DNA of 33,385 bases from Neophaeotheca triangularis (Eukaryota), in contig BAAIJX010000013.1 of the NCBI GenBank assembly GCA_054600435.1, forward strand, positions 496,001 through 529,385, written 5' to 3'. Of the stretch, positions 30,622-33,385 are shown in pieces; position 1 is the first letter of the stretch; every line of letters starts with the position of its first letter. The notes under the pieces were generated by a model, which was not told the origin of the DNA, ran no database searches, and saw nothing but the letters and a program-made list of their open reading frames with translations. The translations under genes were made by a program, and so were the position numbers.

Positions 30622-32177
30622 ATGGACACACACCTCACAAACCCCCCTCAAACCGAGTCCGCTCCTCCCCTCCTCCCTTCCCCCTCCACTCTCTCCACAG
30701 CCCGCCGCAAGCTCCTCCCAACCCTCCCCCAAACAGGCCTAGGCCCCACAGCAACAGCCACGCACCTCCGAACAGACATCCTGCCCGCCCTGAACCGCTC
30801 GAGCCAAAGCCCCAACTACTACGGTTTCGTAACGGGCGGGTGCACGCCCGCGGCAGCTCTCGCGGACAATCTCGTGACCGCCACGGACCAAAATGTGCAG
30901 GTGCACTTGCCGGAGGAGACGCTGAGTACGGAGGTCGAGGACCGGGCTTTGCGGATGGTTTGTGAGATTATGGGGTTGGCGCCGGGGGAGTGGGGACATA
31001 GGACTTTTACTACCGGGGCTACGGCGAGTAATGTTGTTGGTTTGGCTTGTGGGAGGGAATTTGTGGTTGCCGAGGCTGCGGCGAGGAAGGGGAGGATGGG
31101 AAGTGTGGCTGATAAGGGCATTTTTGGGGCTATGAGGGCTGCGGGGTTGGAGGAAGTTGTGGTGTTGACGACGGTGCCGCATTCGTCGCTGCGGAAGGCA
31201 GCCTCGCTTGTAGGTTTGGGGAGGTCGTGCGTGATTGACGTGGGTAAGGCTGGAGCGAGGCATCTTTTTGATTTCGAGGCGTTGGAGGAGCAGCTTGTTG
31301 GGGACGCGAGGGCTTGTATCGTAGCTGTCTCGGCTGCTGAGGTCAACACTGGCTTTTTTGCCACTCAGGACTACGACGATATGGCAAGACTCCGCGAACT
31401 CTGCGACCGGTACGGCGCCTGGCTACACATCGATGCTGCCTTCGGCCTCCTCGCGCGCCTCCTGCCTTCGGGCCAAGGTTACGACGAACAGATTCGTGGC
31501 GTAGCGGGCCTCGAGCTCGCCGACTCCATCACAGGAGACGCCCACAAACTTCTGAACGTCGTAAGCAACCCCCTTCCGCCCTACTAAGCCCAAACCCTAA
31601 CCCCCCAAACTCCCAGCCCTACGATACAGGCATTTTCCTCTCCCGCCACCTCTCTCTCGGACAAAGCGTCTTCCAAAACTCCGGCGCCGCATACCTGACC
31701 CCTGTCTCAAACCCTACTCACCCCAACCCAGACACCAGCCCCTCCATCCCCTCCCCCCTAAACATCGGCATAGAAAACTCACGCCGCTTCCGCGCCCTTC
31801 CCGTCTACGCCACCCTGACCTCGTACGGCCGTCAAGGCTACCTCGAGATGCTAGAGCGACAAATCGCACTCGCGAGAGGGATCGCACGCTTCGTCGGCAC
31901 GCACGCTAGTTTCGAGCTTCTACCGGCAGCCGGAGCGGGAGTGGGATTGGAGGAGAGGCTGGGGAAGGTTTTTATCGTGGTGCTTTTTCGGGCGAGAGAG
32001 GCGGGTTTGAACGAGGGTTTGGTTGGGAGGATTAATGGGAGCGGGAGGGTTTATGTTAGTGGGACTGTGTGGGAAGGCCGGCCGGCGTGTCGGTTTGCGG
32101 TTGCGAATTGGGCGGTGCATGTTGAGAGGGATTTGGAGGTTGTGAGGAGTGTTTTGGAGGAGCTTGTTGCGGGTTGA
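30622..32177 (+). CDS. Group II PLP-dependent amino-acid decarboxylase; exons 30622-31560 and 31617-32177 (~499 aa)
   Basis: YYGFVTGG, FTTGATASN, HSSLRKA, WLHIDAAFG, PLP-lysine motif DSITGDAHKLLNV/PYDTG across intron 31561-31616 (GTAAGC..CTAAC..CAG), ENSRRFRALPVY, RFAVANW. Confidence 0.92.
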
Positions 32178-33385
32178 TGGGGTGATTGAGGGATGCGGTT
32201 GGGTTTCCTTTTTGATTCAACCTAGCTGCTCTTTCCGGCGTTGCAGAGGAATTCTTGGATTCCGTGCCTCGAGAAGCCGCGGCATCGTCGCTGGGTATCG
32301 GTCAAATACTACGGGCAATAAGGAAGCATCTAGCCAAGAATGGAAAGCTCTCAATCGTATATCAGCCCTAGATAGCTAGTAGTAAAGCGCTTGTCTTACG
32401 CCCCTAGGGCGCTCCTTTTCCTTGAATTGACCCGGCTTCAGACTAGAAACCCCCAATACTGTGCTAAGTACCTTTCTGTAGAGAGAGCGGCGACTGTCAT
32501 CGTTGATGTGATGTGACGGCCGACCATCCGGACATTGCAAAGTGAAACCCTATGTGCATCCCTAGTATGGATGTTGTAGAACCTATCTTTGCTCCGATGG
32601 CCAATACCCCGGCACAAGAACATCGAAACCTCGCTCGAGTGTCCTTGTCACAGTTCATGGTAGCAGTTTACATATAAAATTTGCTGTAAAATGGAGGTGT
32701 CGGGAAGGAAATACCTTACCTTGCGAGGTCTTCATTGCCCAAACTCTGACCCTTCGATGTGGAGGCGAGAGCCTCGTGAGAGAACGTTGCAAGCGGCCAA
32801 GAATCGTGGCTTCGTATAAGTCAAGAGCCGCCCGCGCAATCTACTACAATTGTTGAGATCGCCGATAAGTGAAGCTTGATCCCTAGCCGGCGGGCTAGTA
32901 CTAGTAGTCGTAAGTGATAGGGGCTTCATCGGGATTCGGCCGTCTCGGGACGACTGATAACACAAATGACTCGTGATACAATCTGTTCACCGACCAACCA
33001 ACACCAATGCTGAGTTGTGGACGGTACTACTACCTCAAGTATCTGCTCCAACATCGTCACGTTCGTTTTCGGATCCCGTCAGCAATAAGTTATGGGTTCG
33101 TCCATCTGCGGAAAGCATCCATGTCGTGACCGCGTGCTCGTCGGCGGTACTCGAAGGTTGAGTGTCTGGTGGCGCCGCCATCGCTTGCTATGCCGTGCTG
33201 GCAAAAAAGGAAAGAAAAAATTAAAAGAGAGAAAGAAAAAGAAAACCGGCTTTGCGACACGACAAAAGAGACCTCCGGAGCTTTACCCAAGCCGGATTAG
33301 CGACTGCAAGCGGGCCAGTATTACGCAAACCCGTCAGCAATGGAATTGACGACTTTCGGGCGTTATTGCGCGGCGTGAGGGGGGG

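Noticed and set aside
31592..31606. Telomere-like AAACCCTAACCC
   Set aside because: Only about two units, coinciding with the CTAAC branch point of the decarboxylase intron.
32200..33385. Short ORFs in the last 1.2 kb
   Set aside because: No coherent gene model; looks like intergenic or promoter DNA for a gene beyond the window.

Overview
Gene-dense window from a filamentous ascomycete, inferred from short GT-AG introns with CTRAC/CTAAT branch points and fungal protein families; Dothideomycetes-like is a weaker guess. Gene order: F-box protein (+), PiT-family phosphate symporter PHO89/pho-4 (+, 2 introns), EXO1 (-, 1 intron) head-to-head with TMA16 (+), a frameshifted BTB/POZ pseudogene (+), an uncharacterised gene (-), an intact BTB/POZ paralogue (+, 1 intron), a spliced RSA3-like gene absent from the ORF track (+), proteasome beta2 PUP1 (-, 1 intron) head-to-head with NUP159 (+), a ~0.9 kb degenerate GCTCG/TGATC repeat array, RecQ helicase SGS1 (-) head-to-head with a group II PLP-dependent decarboxylase (+, 1 intron). 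Most content is conserved housekeeping and I cannot claim a new biological system. The best leads are the unexplained GCTCG array, recurrent C/A-rich to G/T-rich composition flips inside nearly every gene, a BTB pseudogene with three apparent microhomology-bounded deletions, a CACGTG cluster upstream of the phosphate transporter, and EXO1 plus SGS1 lying ~15 kb apart with similar CGCG promoter motifs. All splice coordinates and counts were derived by hand.
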